Shown one piece after another: positions 50,226-62,642 of a DNA stretch of 64,000 nt. The stretch spans positions 73,780,001 to 73,844,000 of the forward strand of contig NC_042999.1 in NCBI RefSeq assembly GCF_006345805.1, read 5' to 3'. Both the position numbers and the translations under genes were made by a program. The notes beneath the pieces were generated by a model, which saw nothing but the letters and a program-made list of their open reading frames with translations, searched no databases and was not told the origin of the DNA. The DNA is from Octopus sinensis. Lineage: Eukaryota. Positions within the stretch are counted from its first letter, which is position 1. The number at the start of each line of letters is the position of its first letter.

Positions 50226-51775
50226 ACCTTCTTTGTGGCTGGCGACTTCAATGGGCATGTTGGACAACATCCAGGGGGCTTCCATGATGTACATGGCGGT
50301 TTTGGATTTGGTTCCTGCAATGAGGAGGAAACCAGGCTGCTGGGGTTCTGTGATGCAAATGATCTTATGATCTGTAATATTAACTTCAGGAATTCTGCCA
50401 GTCACCTATCAGTCTAGTGGGTACACTAGTCAGATTGACTACATTCTCGCCAGGAAATGGGAAAGATGGCTACTTATAAATGCTGTAGGCACCCTACAAC
50501 ATAAGTTAGTAGTTAGTGACTTCAAGATCAGGACTAAATGGCTGCCCAGAAGATGACCAGCATGGAAAAGAAGGGTCTGGTAGATTAAGGAACCTGTGAA
50601 TGGACTGAGATTTAGAGACGTATTACTCAAAGCTTTTGAGGATATAGCTTCACATAATGTGAAAGACAACTGGAGGTTCTTACGGGACAACCTGTTTAGG
50701 GCTACTGACCAGGGGAAAAAACTAGAGGTAGTTGATAGCTTCTGTTACCTAGTTGACCAAGCCAGTAGTGGGGGTGGATGCTCTGAGAGTGTAGCTGCTA
50801 GAATAAGAATAGCTCGGGCAAAGTTTAGAGAGCTCTTCCCTCAACTGGTAACAAAGGCCTCTCGCTCAGAGTGAAAAGTAGGCTGTATGATGAATGTGTA
50901 TGAACATCCATACTACACAGCAGTAAAATATGGACTATGACTGCTGAGGACATGTGTAGGCTTGAAAGAAATGAAGCCAGTATGCTCTCCTGGATGTGTA
51001 ATGTCAGTGTGCATACACAATAGTGTAAGCACTCAGAGAAAAGTTGGACACAAGAAGCATCAGATGTGGTGTGCAAGAGAGATGACTGTGCTGGTATGGT
51101 CATGTGTTATGCATAGAAGAAGACAGCTGCATGAAGAAGTGCCATACCCTAACAATGGAGGGAACCAATGGAAGAGGTAGGCCCAAGAAGACCTGGGATG
51201 AGGTTGTGAAGTATGACCTTCGAATGTAGGGCCTCTCAGAGGCAATGACAAGTGACCGAGACCTTTGGTGATATGCTGTGCTTGAGAAGATCTGGCAAGC
51301 TAAGTGAGACTATAGCCATGGCCTATGCCAGTGCAGCATAACCGGCCTATTTAAGAATACCCTTCAATCGTTGGGCAAATATGCTGTGCTTGAGAAGACC
51401 TGTTGAGTCAAGTGAAATCATTGTTGTGCCCATTGCTAGTACCACCTGAGTGGCGTCTGTGCTGGTGGCATGTAAAAAACACCATTCACATGTGGTTGAT
51501 GCCAATGTCACCTGACTGGCTACCGTGCAGGTAGCACATAAAAAGCACCATCCGAGTGTGGTCAATGCCAGTACTGCCTGAGTGGCTCCTGTACAGAAAA
51601 CACACCCTCTACATTCTCGGAGTGGTTGGTATTAGGAAGGGCATCCAGCTGTAGAAACTTTGCCAGATTAGATTGGAGCCTCATGCAGCCTTCTGGCTCA
51701 CCAGTCCTCAGTCAAACTGTCCAACTCATGCCTGCATGGAAAATGGACATTAAACAATGATGATGATAAGGATGA
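50226..51775 (+). mobile_element. RTE LINE with a large internal deletion
   Basis: Endonuclease AGDFNGHVG...GFG..NEE joined near 50712 directly to the post-RT segment KKLEVVDSFCYL...ARIRIARAKFREL, then the 3'UTR. Confidence 0.85.
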
Positions 51776-52799
51776 TGTAGGCATCTTGAGAGTCTTTCAA
51801 ATTTTTTTTGAAAGCGAATTTTCTTTACCACACTAACAGGCTTGCACTAATAAATATGTAGATACATAAATACATATATGTAAATATATATACATATATA
51901 CACATAGATGTACATATACACACAGAAATACATAAATGCATATATGTATATACATACATAGAAACAAACATATCTCTGTCACAGAACCTCTCAAAACTAG
52001 ACACCAATATCAAAGCATTGTCCAAGCCTAAGTAAGGTTACCTATGAAGAAACCTAAACAATACTCAAGTAAACAATCCCCACAGACTATGAATCCTCAA
52101 ACATACATATAATATACATATAGATAAGCATGTATACATGCAATGCGCATATGCAAGTTTGTGTGTAACTGAAAAAAATGTTGGAGGTGGGAAATGGAAT
52201 AGTTCCAAGTTGTAAAATCCTACCTTAAATACAAACTCATCCAAGCCATGCTTTCATGGGAAAACATTAAATGAATGAATGTACACAGTATGTGAAATTT
52301 GAGGATCCTGAAAAATTTTCTGCTTAGGAGCTGGCCTCTGGCAAGAAACTATAAGAGTAACTTCATTTCTTTATCTTCATTTCAAAGCTGTTTGCAAGTG
52401 AGATATGAAGAAAGATAGGAGGAAATTGCTGGTGTTTGCTGCCACTGGAGACTGGTTTTAGGCAGGGATTTAAAAAGAAGAGAGGAGAGGTTGCTGATGA
52501 GAAAAATAAAAATGCATATTTGATGAAGAAACAGCACCTGGACAAAACCAGCACACTGTCTTCAATTAACGTTTTGACTGTTATTCATTCCTCCTATAAG
52601 ACTGACACAAGATTTTCCCCGGAGCAGATCCATGGTCAAAGGAGACTAACAGATGCCTCCAATCTTATATACACTTCTGGTTTCTAAAACTGAGTGCTCA
52701 TTCCTTAGTTCTCTAATACTTGCTCAAAATGAGTGTGTTGTGTGAGAGAGAGGAAGGGAGAGAGAGAGAGAGAGAGGGAGAGAGAGAGAGCGTGTGCAA

Positions 52800-53260
52800 G
52801 TACATATGTGTATGATCGCTTTTCGCTGAAGAGCCCGTAAAGAAACGTACCGATTTCGCTAAGATAATTTCCTGAAAACTTCCTTTGTTTAAAATCACTG
52901 TCTCAGATATGTTGAAGTTGTTTACATTTAAACTAATATTTTTATGAATATATACACAGAAAAATTCAGTGTTCTTTTGTAAGTTCCCAACGTTAGTTAA
53001 TGCAAGGAGAGGGTTATTTGCGATTGAATTCACCGGAAAACTTCACTGACGTTTATTTTGTTGACTGCGAGAAGGTTGAAAGGTAAAGTCGACCCCAACA
53101 TGATTTGGTCTAAAGAGATTCAGTAAATAAATAATTTCTTACATAAGCGCAAATCTTTTTTTTTTTATTGAGGGGAAATGAGATTGTGACGTCCACGCTT
53201 TACTCAAGGACATTTGTGAAGTAAGTCAATCCCAAAGTCTATAGTGAGTAAATATATATT
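52800..53260. promoter_or_regulatory. Putative promoter/TSS region at the left edge of the CpG-rich domain
   Basis: Abrupt rise in CpG frequency. CCGGAA (ETS-like) at 53033-53038, TGACG at 53047-53051, TGACGTCC (CRE-like) at 53187-53194. Minus-strand donor-like CG|gtacgt at 52851/52850 and plus-strand donor GAA|gtaagt at 53220/53221. Confidence 0.5.
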
Positions 53261-54201
53261 GAGTCAGAAGTATGTCGCCCTAGGATACGATTATCATAAA
53301 ACGCGATCAACCGTACAGAATCCGGATAATTAATATAAACCCAACTATCTATCAGCTGTCACAAAATTATTTTAATCAGCAAGACTAATTTATTTCACTG
53401 ACTCTCACAGATTGAGACAGATTTTACCTTGAATACATTCCTTTATATTATTATTATTATTATAAACCAGTATTAAAGAGTCTCAGCGTGTATAGGATTG
53501 GTTAAATCTAACAAGAAAGTTTAAGCCGAAAACTGCAGGCCTAAAATATTTTATGTATATATTAATAGTATATATGTATTCTAAGTGAGTCAATGTTTTA
53601 TGGACAGAAATTGTCCGCGAATTCCGAGAGATTAAATCACACCACGACAAATATATTTTCTGATTTAATAATAGAAATTTAGAATAGTGCTTTCTTCGAG
53701 AGAAAACACTGACAAAGCTTACAAACTCAGTTATTTAATATTCATATAATAGTTTCGTAAATTATAACTGTAGTAAATGTTTCAACAAAAAATGCTTTAA
53801 GAGATATATATTCAAGATCGTCGGCGATAAGTTGCGGTGATTGAGATAATTTGGAGACCGTCAACTCTCAAGGTATTCACACTTCAAACAGCACGATTGT
53901 AAGGAAAGAAGTCTACAAGGTACACTTTCTAGAATACGAAAAAGGGTGTGGCTGGCAGTGGAGTAAGACATAAATCTTAAGCGGAGTTGTTAGTCCTCCC
54001 CCCCCCCACCTCGTCCCAACTGGCTCTAACTGAGCAGACTTATAATCAGAAACATTACATATACGAATACTGTTGTGTTCTTCGATAATATTATCCAAGT
54101 CTTTTTTTTTTTGAAACTATAAGTTATGGATATTTAGCTCCTATCAAGTTGAGTGATCACGTAAGACACTAATTTATTGGCTTGTTAATTGTGTAAGAGA
54201 G

Positions 54202-54253
<52 letters not shown>

Positions 54254-54286
54254 TTTTTGTGAGGTCTTTGCAGCTTTATCAATAAA

Positions 54287-54342
<56 letters not shown>

Positions 54343-56927
54343 GCATGTTGGTGCAAACAGGAAGAGTAGATCTGAAAATATGAGTATATGTATATTGTGT
54401 TTTCTGCCAAATATTAATATAGCAATATATATATATATTGCAGTGTCATATGACATTGCAAGTTTATATACTTTTATTTGTATGACAAATTGAACAAGAC
54501 AAAAAACAAAAAGGTCCAGATCAAAACGTTTGGCAAAATATTACATTAAATAATCTATTAGTTGACAGATATATAGCCGACTTAATAATCCTTTCTACTA
54601 TAGGCACAAGACTAAAAATTTTGTAAAAAAATACTTTTTAATTCAAGGTGATACAATGTGCAAAAGGTATGTTAAAATCGTCCAGTTATACCGATGTATT
54701 TATATTACTATGCACTGCATTTACAGAATACTTTTCCCCAAAATTAAGAAGAAAATAAAACATTACTTATTAAAGCAATATAGAATTTTGAGCTTGTTTA
54801 AACGAACTATATCTGAAGCAAAAGTTCCTCAAATAGTTGTAGAGACGATATAAACAGTTACTGAGGAATTACTAGGATATGCCTCAGCAGTCTAAATGTC
54901 ACGTAACGCGTTTTACTAGACACAGGTGTATATAGTGAAGGAGGAAGGGAGCCGAAGACCCTAATAGGATGGCTAAAAACAGATGTACAGTTAGAGCAAA
55001 TACACACAAGGTGTACTATTACAATAATCTTAGATACGAATTAGTGACAAGAAGGTATATCTGTATGTATACAATTTATGAATATTATAACTTTTAAGTC
55101 ACGAAATATGCTAATTTTCGTTTATAACCTCAAGAATCCACGATCAAAGAAAGCTTCTCAAACAAGTATAGTATTACCTATGACATAACTTAGATGGAAT
55201 ATATATATATAAAACGCTTTTTGATATTTTTTAACTATTGTCTGGGTTTTGAAAACAACATTTATATTGCAGCAAATATTATAAAATTCAAAGTGAGGTT
55301 TATTCAGAAGAAAAGTATTGTTTTAGATTAATATTGTAAGACTACAGGTTGTAGGCATAGAGAGAAACAGAAATACGTAGAATTATTTGTGGGCGAAAGA
55401 AGAAATGTAAGGTAGGAGGTTAAAATTAGGGCAAAACGAGAAAATAAATAGTACGTTTTTCAGAACAAAAAATATAAACACAAAATTTTAACTGTAAATA
55501 AAGATGAAATGTAATAAAGTTATAGATGTACTTACTTAGTGATCAGCTTATATAATATTTATATCTATCTGTATCTAGAGATAGATATATATTTGTAGAA
55601 GTTGGTTTGTAAATATATCAAAATTAATCTAAACCAGAAAACACAGTCATTTCCATCCTCAATAACTGAAGAGTTCGTTATTTGTTTTCTTAACAGGGAT
55701 CGCTTGTTAATTGTAATTCTTAAATATCAAGAAAAACAGTACAAAACACACATTTAAGTCATTCTTAAAAGGTAAAAATCAAATTACTTAAAAGCAAAAA
55801 TAAAAAAAATAATTAAATAGGAACATCTTGTTTGGTAAAGAAGTACTAACACCTAAAACACTGCTAATTGTTACACTGTTGTTTATATGCAATGATCGCT
55901 CCTAAATCAAGTGGTCGGAGCTGTCAAAGAAATGTCTAAAAATATATTTGGCAAAATAGATATAAATTATTCTATATTATTATTCGTGTATTTTTTTGCT
56001 ATTTTATCTCTGGGTATTTTATACTTGTCTGAAACAATTTTATGTAAAAAACTTTTTTTTTTAAACTACATTATTTTTACCTACAAATCAAAAGAAAAAA
56101 TAGAATAGCTTCATATATCCGTATAAAGATCAAAGGTAAATCTAGAATCTGAGAAATGGTGTCAGGGCCATTAGAAAAAAATTATATTTTGTCAGTTTCT
56201 TCAAAATGTTCCTGTCCGAAACATCAGCACTTACATCTCTTCACAGCAAACAAACTTCGATTATCTAAATAAGTGTTTTCTCAATTATTTTAATGTTGAA
56301 TTTAACAGACAATCCCATTTTAAAGAGCAATAGCTATTAAGGTGTGGTGAAAAAGCTCTTGCTAACTTTCAATATTTGTTTCAGCGTAAAATACTCTGCC
56401 TGAAGTTAATTTTAGTTGTAGAGAATCATTGTTGAAGTTTCTTTTCTCTCCAAAAAAGCTAAGCTTCAAAAACCATATCGAAATCAGGTACATACAAATA
56501 TACAATATATTTGTAACAACAGTTGAAGAAGTTGCGTTTATATTTCATATTTATTATGGGACGGGATGCTTAGAGCATTCATTTCTTTTTTAAACGATAG
56601 TTAGACGTTATATGAAATGATATTCGGTGGAAATGTAACTAATTCGCTTATGCTGTTTACTTCGTGAAATGTGATGGCGCCTGTTCAATTGATTGCAACT
56701 CTGAAGGAGGTACGACAAAGTCGCGATTTTCAGCGGGGGAAAAAAAAGGAATAAATATTATAACTTCTGTCATATACAAGCGATCTCAGATGCATTTACT
56801 TCTTTTGACGTTTGTTACGAACCCTCGACAATATTTTTTAATTATTTTATCTGTTCATATATACGTATATAGGTACATACGCACTCTAAAATTTCTTTGA
56901 TTTTTTTATCGGAATAAATGAATTGAG

Positions 56928-57727
56928 GGATCTTTTCCTTTTGAACGGCACTTTTCAACACAATTTCTAGTTAACTAAACACTTTTAAACTTCGTATACT
57001 TGTAGAATGTGTTTATAAAACATAATTTTTTCTTGGCTTTATTGAGAAAATTGTATATGTTGTAAGATATTTCGTCTTTAATTTCGAGCATTTCGGCAAT
57101 TTTAACCAATCGCTGGAGTTCATTTAAATAAATAACATTCTGTGCATAATGAATATGTCCCTCCTTTAAGAAACAGATTGGGTTTATTTACATTTGTGAA
57201 GAAAAAAGATACCCTTTACCCACCCTTCACCCTAACCCTAAATCTAAAATAGATTGAAATGCAATAGATCGATACTAGGGCCATAATTATGGGTGACAAT
57301 TTCATGCGACACCGCTACGGAAAATGGGATTTTTTTTTTCCAGCGGTGTCAAATGAAAATGTCACCCATAATTATGGCCCTAGTATCGATCTATTGCATT
57401 TCAATCTATTTTAGATTTAGGGGTTGGGGAAGGGTATCTTTTTTTCTTCACAAATGTAAATAAACCCAATCTGTTTCTGGATCTTTTCCTTTTGAACGGC
57501 ACTTTTCAACACAATTTCTAGTTAACTAAACACTTTTAAACTTCGTATACTGGTAGAATGTGTTTATAAAAAACATCATTTTTTCTTGGCTTTATTGAGA
57601 AAATTCTATAGGTTGTGAGATATTTCGTCTTTAATTTCGAGCATTTCGGCAATTTTAACCAATCGCTGGAGTCCATTTAGGTAAATAATATTCTGTGCAT
57701 AATGAATGTCCCTCCTTAAAGAAACAG
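56928..57727. mobile_element. Two partial copies and one inverted fragment of the GGATC-TIR MITE
   Basis: Copy A 56928-57316, inverted 3' part 57342-57478, copy B 57479-57727. Confidence 0.88.
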
Positions 57728-58146
57728 GGATCTTTTCGGTTTGAACGGCAGTTTTTAACATAATTTCTAGGTAACTAAAAAATTTTAACTTCGTATACTG
57801 GTAGAATGTGTTTATAAAACATCTTTTTCTCTTGGCTTTATTGAGAAAATTCTATAGTGTGTAAGATATTTGTTGTTTTTTTCCTTCAATTTCTGCAATT
57901 TCAACCAATCAGTGACGTCTATTGAGTTAAAAAGCATTCTGTGCCGTATGAATATGTCCCTCGTTTAAGAAACAGATTGGGTTTATTTATATTTGTGAAG
58001 AAAAAAAGATACCCTTCCCCCAACCCTAACTAACCCTAACCCTGAAAGAGATTGAAATGCAATAGATCGATTCTAGGGTCATAATTATGGGTGACAATTT
58101 CATATGACACCGCTAGAAAAAACTGCCGTTCAAACCGAAAAGATCC
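57728..58146. mobile_element. Complete 419-bp MITE with perfect 29-bp TIRs
   Basis: GGATCTTTTCGGTTTGAACGGCAGTTTTT at both ends; internal ccctaac repeats. Confidence 0.92.
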
Positions 58147-58219
58147 TAAGATTGTACTAATGCAAGAATATAATGATTAAAACACGAAATTTAGAAAAGA
58201 AAACAAAAATATATTTCAG

Positions 58220-58982
58220 ATATTTGGCGTTTCGATAGAAGCGCACCTCTCCAAGAAAATGACGCCTAATTTCTAAAAAAATTATGAAAATGAGAAATAT
58301 ATCCAAAATATATGAAGTATGCAAAAAATTAGGAAGATTCATCTAATTTTAAATATTTTATACTAAAAAATAAAACATGGAAAATGGGCACTCGCGAATA
58401 TAAACAAATATGTCGGACGACACAAGGGGCGGTAACTTGTATCAGATATCATTAATGATACAAGGGGCCCGTTTGCAAATTCTTGATTGTTTTTAATCAG
58501 ATTTTTTACTGCGCACACTGGTTAGGGTTAGGTCGTGCACACTCGCTTTACCTTCGCCAATTTTATGATATGATGATATTCGACAGAAATAATTATAAAA
58601 CAGTAAATAGTAAATATATTAGTTATAAACTAACTTTTAAGAAAAAGATTGTGAAACGGTCTTCTTACAATTCGCAGATGACATTGTCAGGCCCCTCGTA
58701 TCAATAATATCTGACTGGTAAAAGTAAGTTACTGCCCCTTGTGTCGTCCGACATGTTTATTTATTCGCGAGTGCCCGTTTTCCGTTTTTTTTAATTTTCT
58801 GATAATCGTAACGCCCTATATTAACCCTATTATTTTTTAGTATAAAATATTTAAAAATTGATGAATCTTCCTAATTTTTTGCATACTTCATTTATTTTGG
58901 ATATATTTCTCACTTACCTACTTTTTTTTTTACAAGTAAGCGTCATTTTCTTGGAGGGGTGCGTTTCTAAAGAAGCGCCAGA
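58220..58982. mobile_element. Foldback-like element with inverted arms of about 250-290 bp
   Basis: Left 58220-58470 pairs with right 58690-58982, e.g. tgtcggacgacacaagggg/ccccttgtgtcgtccgaca and tatgcaaaaaattaggaagattcatc/gatgaatcttcctaattttttgcata. Confidence 0.85.
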
Positions 58983-59407
58983 TGTTTTGTAGAGCTTTTG
59001 GGCACAATAGTTTCAGCTAGTTAATTCAAGGGGTTAAAAGTTCAACTATATTGTCCGTGATGAAGATGTTTAACTCTCGTTGATTTGGTCTCTCTTGCAG
59101 TAATTAACTACAAGACAATGTACAATTTACTATTTGATTTCTTTTCGATTAACAAAATATAATTACAGGGTTGTTTTTTGTTATACGATCTAACCCATAT
59201 TTAAGTGGAGTGCAGGCATCCACCACTTTGTGGATATACAAGGATCTTTACGTGCCTGTGAAGGAGCCACTATATGTCTGCTCTACCGACTAGAAAAAAA
59301 CATCTGAATCTCCTTCAAATCACACCTTGCTATCCTAAAAAGAGAAAGAAAGGATGGTCACTGCTGAAAATAATTTGACCATAGGTTAAGTATTATTATT
59401 ATTATGA

Positions 59408-60005
59408 GGCAATCGATCGTTAGCATTCCGGGCAAAATGCTTAGCGGTATTGTGTCTGCCGCTACGTTCTGAGTTCGAATTCCGCCGAGGTCGACTTTGC
59501 CTTTCATCTTTTTGGGGTTGATAAATTAAGTACAAGTTACTCACTGGGGTCGATATAATCGACTTAATCCATTTGTCTGTCCTTGTTTGTCCTCTATGTT
59601 TAGCCCCTTGTGGGTAGTAAAGAAATAGATATTTCATCTGGTGCTACGTTCTAAGTTCAAATTCCGCCGAGGTCGACTTTACCTTTCATCCTTTCGGGGG
59701 TCGATAAATTAAGTACCAGTGTAGTACTGGGTCGATGTAATCGACTTAACCCCTCCCCCCAAATTTCAGGCCCTGTGCCTATAGTAGAAAGGGTTATTAT
59801 GAAGTAATCGAGAGTAGCAAGTTGACAGACTTGTACTGTACCGGACAAAATGCTTAGTGGCATTTCGTCCGTCTTTATGTTCTGAGTTCAAATTCTACTG
59901 AGGTGGACTTTGTTTTTCAACTTTTCGGGTCGATGAAATAAGTAATCTGCTTAGCTTCATCCCACAAAATTGCTGGCCTTGTATCAATATTTAAAACCAT
60001 TATTA
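59408..60005 (+). mobile_element. Three head-to-tail CORE/MIR-like SINEs
   Basis: ttctgagttcgaattccgccgaggtcgactttgcctttcatc repeated near 59470, 59650 and 59880. Confidence 0.85.
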
Positions 60006-60892
60006 TGAGTCAACCTGTAGATAAATAAACAATAGAGAACTTTGCAACCAAAGTATCTTCCATATCTCGTTAACAGACATCTTTTCTACAAGCTGATTCT
60101 TGAATTTTTTTATATATATATTTAGTTTTCATTAAGGTCACTGACCTTAGAATGGTATGAATGTCATATAATCAAAATGCCCCTCACTCAAAAATTAATA
60201 TTCTTGTTCCTTATAAAGGAATAAATCAATTTTTATGATAAAAGGACAATGTTTATTCGTCATTTGTAACTTGGGTTAGGCACACCAATCATACATAATA
60301 GTTACATTTAGTTTGCTTATAAATAGTTATTTCCAGAATTATCACTGTCTGCATGAGTATCCCTCAAATACTTGAATTGAATATTGTTTCTCAATTCTGT
60401 ATTAAACTTTTCTAAGCCATTAGGGAGTTCATAGTAGAGTTTGATAGCTTCTACTGGAGTGAGGCAATTTTCCTTGCTGCAGATCAGCTAAGAAGAGATA
60501 AAACTAATGATACATTTAATAAAACCTGGCTTGTACTTTATTCTGCTGATCCCAGAAAGATGAAAGGCAAGATTTGAACTCAGAATGTAAATAGAGAGCT
60601 AGCGGAATTAAATTTCCACTTAAAGCATGAAAAATTTACATGAAGTACCACTACACTACTTACATTATGTTTCAGTGTTATTAAATTACAACACATTAAT
60701 GATGACAAAAGACTGAGACATCTGGCGCCTTGCTGTGCTTGAGAAGACCAGTCCACAACAACTTAATTGTTATCCTAAAACTGCCTTGGTACATAGTTGA
60801 ACCTGCAGAGCTCTGCCCACCTCCATTCTCACTGCCCTCTCAAGCCTCCCCTATGGCTCATTCTCTGACACTAATCACTTCTTTATCTGATA

Positions 60893-61823
60893 TTAGTTAA
60901 GTTAAGTTAATTTTTTGGCTCAAAAAGTAAAAAACAAGGCCATGTAGGGGGACATGGAGTTTATGTACAGAGTGGTGGTCTTGCAAAGAGTTCAGGCCAT
61001 TTCTGGTCCAGAGAGACTTTGAATCGAGCGGTTGTCGGCATCTTCACTATCTCGTCCGGCAGGTTATTCCACGGATCCGCAACCCGGACGGAGAAAGCCC
61101 CTCTACTTCGATTGAGATGAAATCGTTGCAGATAGAGCTTTTCGGAGTGACCCCGCAGCCAATGCTCTGGAGCAGGAGTGAAGAACAACTCTTTCGAGAG
61201 GTTACACTTTCCACTTATGATGTTGTGAGCAAGAATGAGATCACCACGGTGTCGTCGTTTTTCTAGAGAATAAAGGTCGAGTGTCTTCAGCCTTTCTTCA
61301 TAAGACAAATGCTTGAGACCAAGAACCATGCGGGTAGCCAGCTTCTGGACTCTTTCGAGACGATGTATGTCTTTGAGGAGATAAGGAGAAGAGGCTTGAA
61401 TCCCGTACTCCAATATGGGTCTCACCAGCATGACATAGAGCGGTAGGAATATGGCTGCTGTGAGCATTCTGAATGACCATCGAATCAAAAACAGAACTCC
61501 CGCGTGCTTTGCTGGCAGCATGGACGCACTGGGCCGAAGACGAAAATGAAGAATCCACCAAGATACCCAGGTCCTTTACCTGGTCGGTCCTCTCCAGCAG
61601 CAGACGACCCAGCTCAAAATCAAGTTGAGTTGCAGGAGAAGAGCCAACAGGCAGATGACAGCACTTTGACACGTTCAGGCACAGGTCCCATTCATTAGAC
61701 CATCTCCAAATTTGGTGGAGGCATCGACGAAGATCATCTATATCACCACGAGGAGCAACCAGTTTGACATCATCGGCAAATAGAAGGGTGTGTTGTGTGA
61801 GGTCGTTGGGCAAGTCATTTATT
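60893..61823 (-). mobile_element. 5'-truncated CR1-clade LINE (RT C-terminus, 3'UTR, (TTAAC)n tail)
   Basis: INDLP...TLLFADDVKL...KDLGILVD, a single frameshift near 61500, then LVRPILEYG...LERVQKLATRMV.GL..LSYEERLK.LDLYSLEKRR.RGDLI...F..RV...WN.LP. Confidence 0.92.
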
Positions 61824-61859
61824 ATTCTGTTACCATAATCTCCTGTCAGTAGAATAGGT

Positions 61860-62642
61860 ACATACATCACCTCCCTTTTTTTGCCTTCCTCTACTCTCCT
61901 CAACCATAGAACAACTTCCATTCCTCATTATTCTCCTCCAGCCATGCTCTCTCTCTCTTTGCTATACTTTATCCATAACACCTACCTCTTTTATTCCAAT
62001 ACTGGCACATATCTAACATAGCCTCTCCCACTGAGCTACACCTATATTTCTCATCATTAATCATACAGTCACCTCTATCTCATCTAACCATCTTTCCTTG
62101 TGTTCTTATGAAATTTTCTCCTCTCTCCCCTGCCCTGCCCATTCATCCAGTCTGATTCTCTGTACTACTTCACCTATATTTATCCTCACACCTGTTCCTT
62201 GAGGGTATGTCCTGACACCCACCCACCACCATCTCTCTCACTCTCTCCATCTCTGTCTTTCTCTTGATGTCTCTTTCTCTCCTTTCTCCAACTGGGTTAT
62301 CCTTTGTATTTCTTCTACAACAAGACACCTATTGCTATCCCTCTCTATCTTTTGATCACTCATCAACTGGCACAAAAACCCACGTTACTCAATACTGTTC
62401 CCCCTCCCAGTTGAGGGAGCTTTGTCTTTTCCTCCAGGTTACTTGGTGATCCCATAGGTGCTAGTACCTTGAAAAAAGCACCAAATACACTCTATAAAGT
62501 GGTTGGTGTTAGAAAGGGCATCCAGTTGCAGAAACATGTCAAACAGACAATAGAGCTTAGTATGACCCTCTAGCTTGCTAGCTCTTGTCTAACTGTCCAA
62601 CCCATGCCAGCATGGAAAATGAAAGTTAAATGATGATGATAA
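61860..62642 (+). mobile_element. CT-rich leader plus RTE-tail module
   Basis: About 450-bp pyrimidine-rich leader, then ctcatcaactggcacaaaa, then ggttggtgttagaaagggcatccag and a (GAT)n tail. Confidence 0.7.

Noticed and set aside
49153-50370. ORFs of 145 aa and 130 aa
   Set aside because: They run through SINE, microsatellite and off-frame RTE sequence with no coherent protein signal.
52436-52687. 83-aa Lys-rich plus-strand ORF near the promoter
   Set aside because: No recognisable homology or splice context. It could be UTR or a uORF-type sequence, but I cannot support it.
57225-58045. CCCTAA telomere-like repeats
   Set aside because: Only 2-3 units, and they are an internal part of the MITE, not an interstitial telomere.
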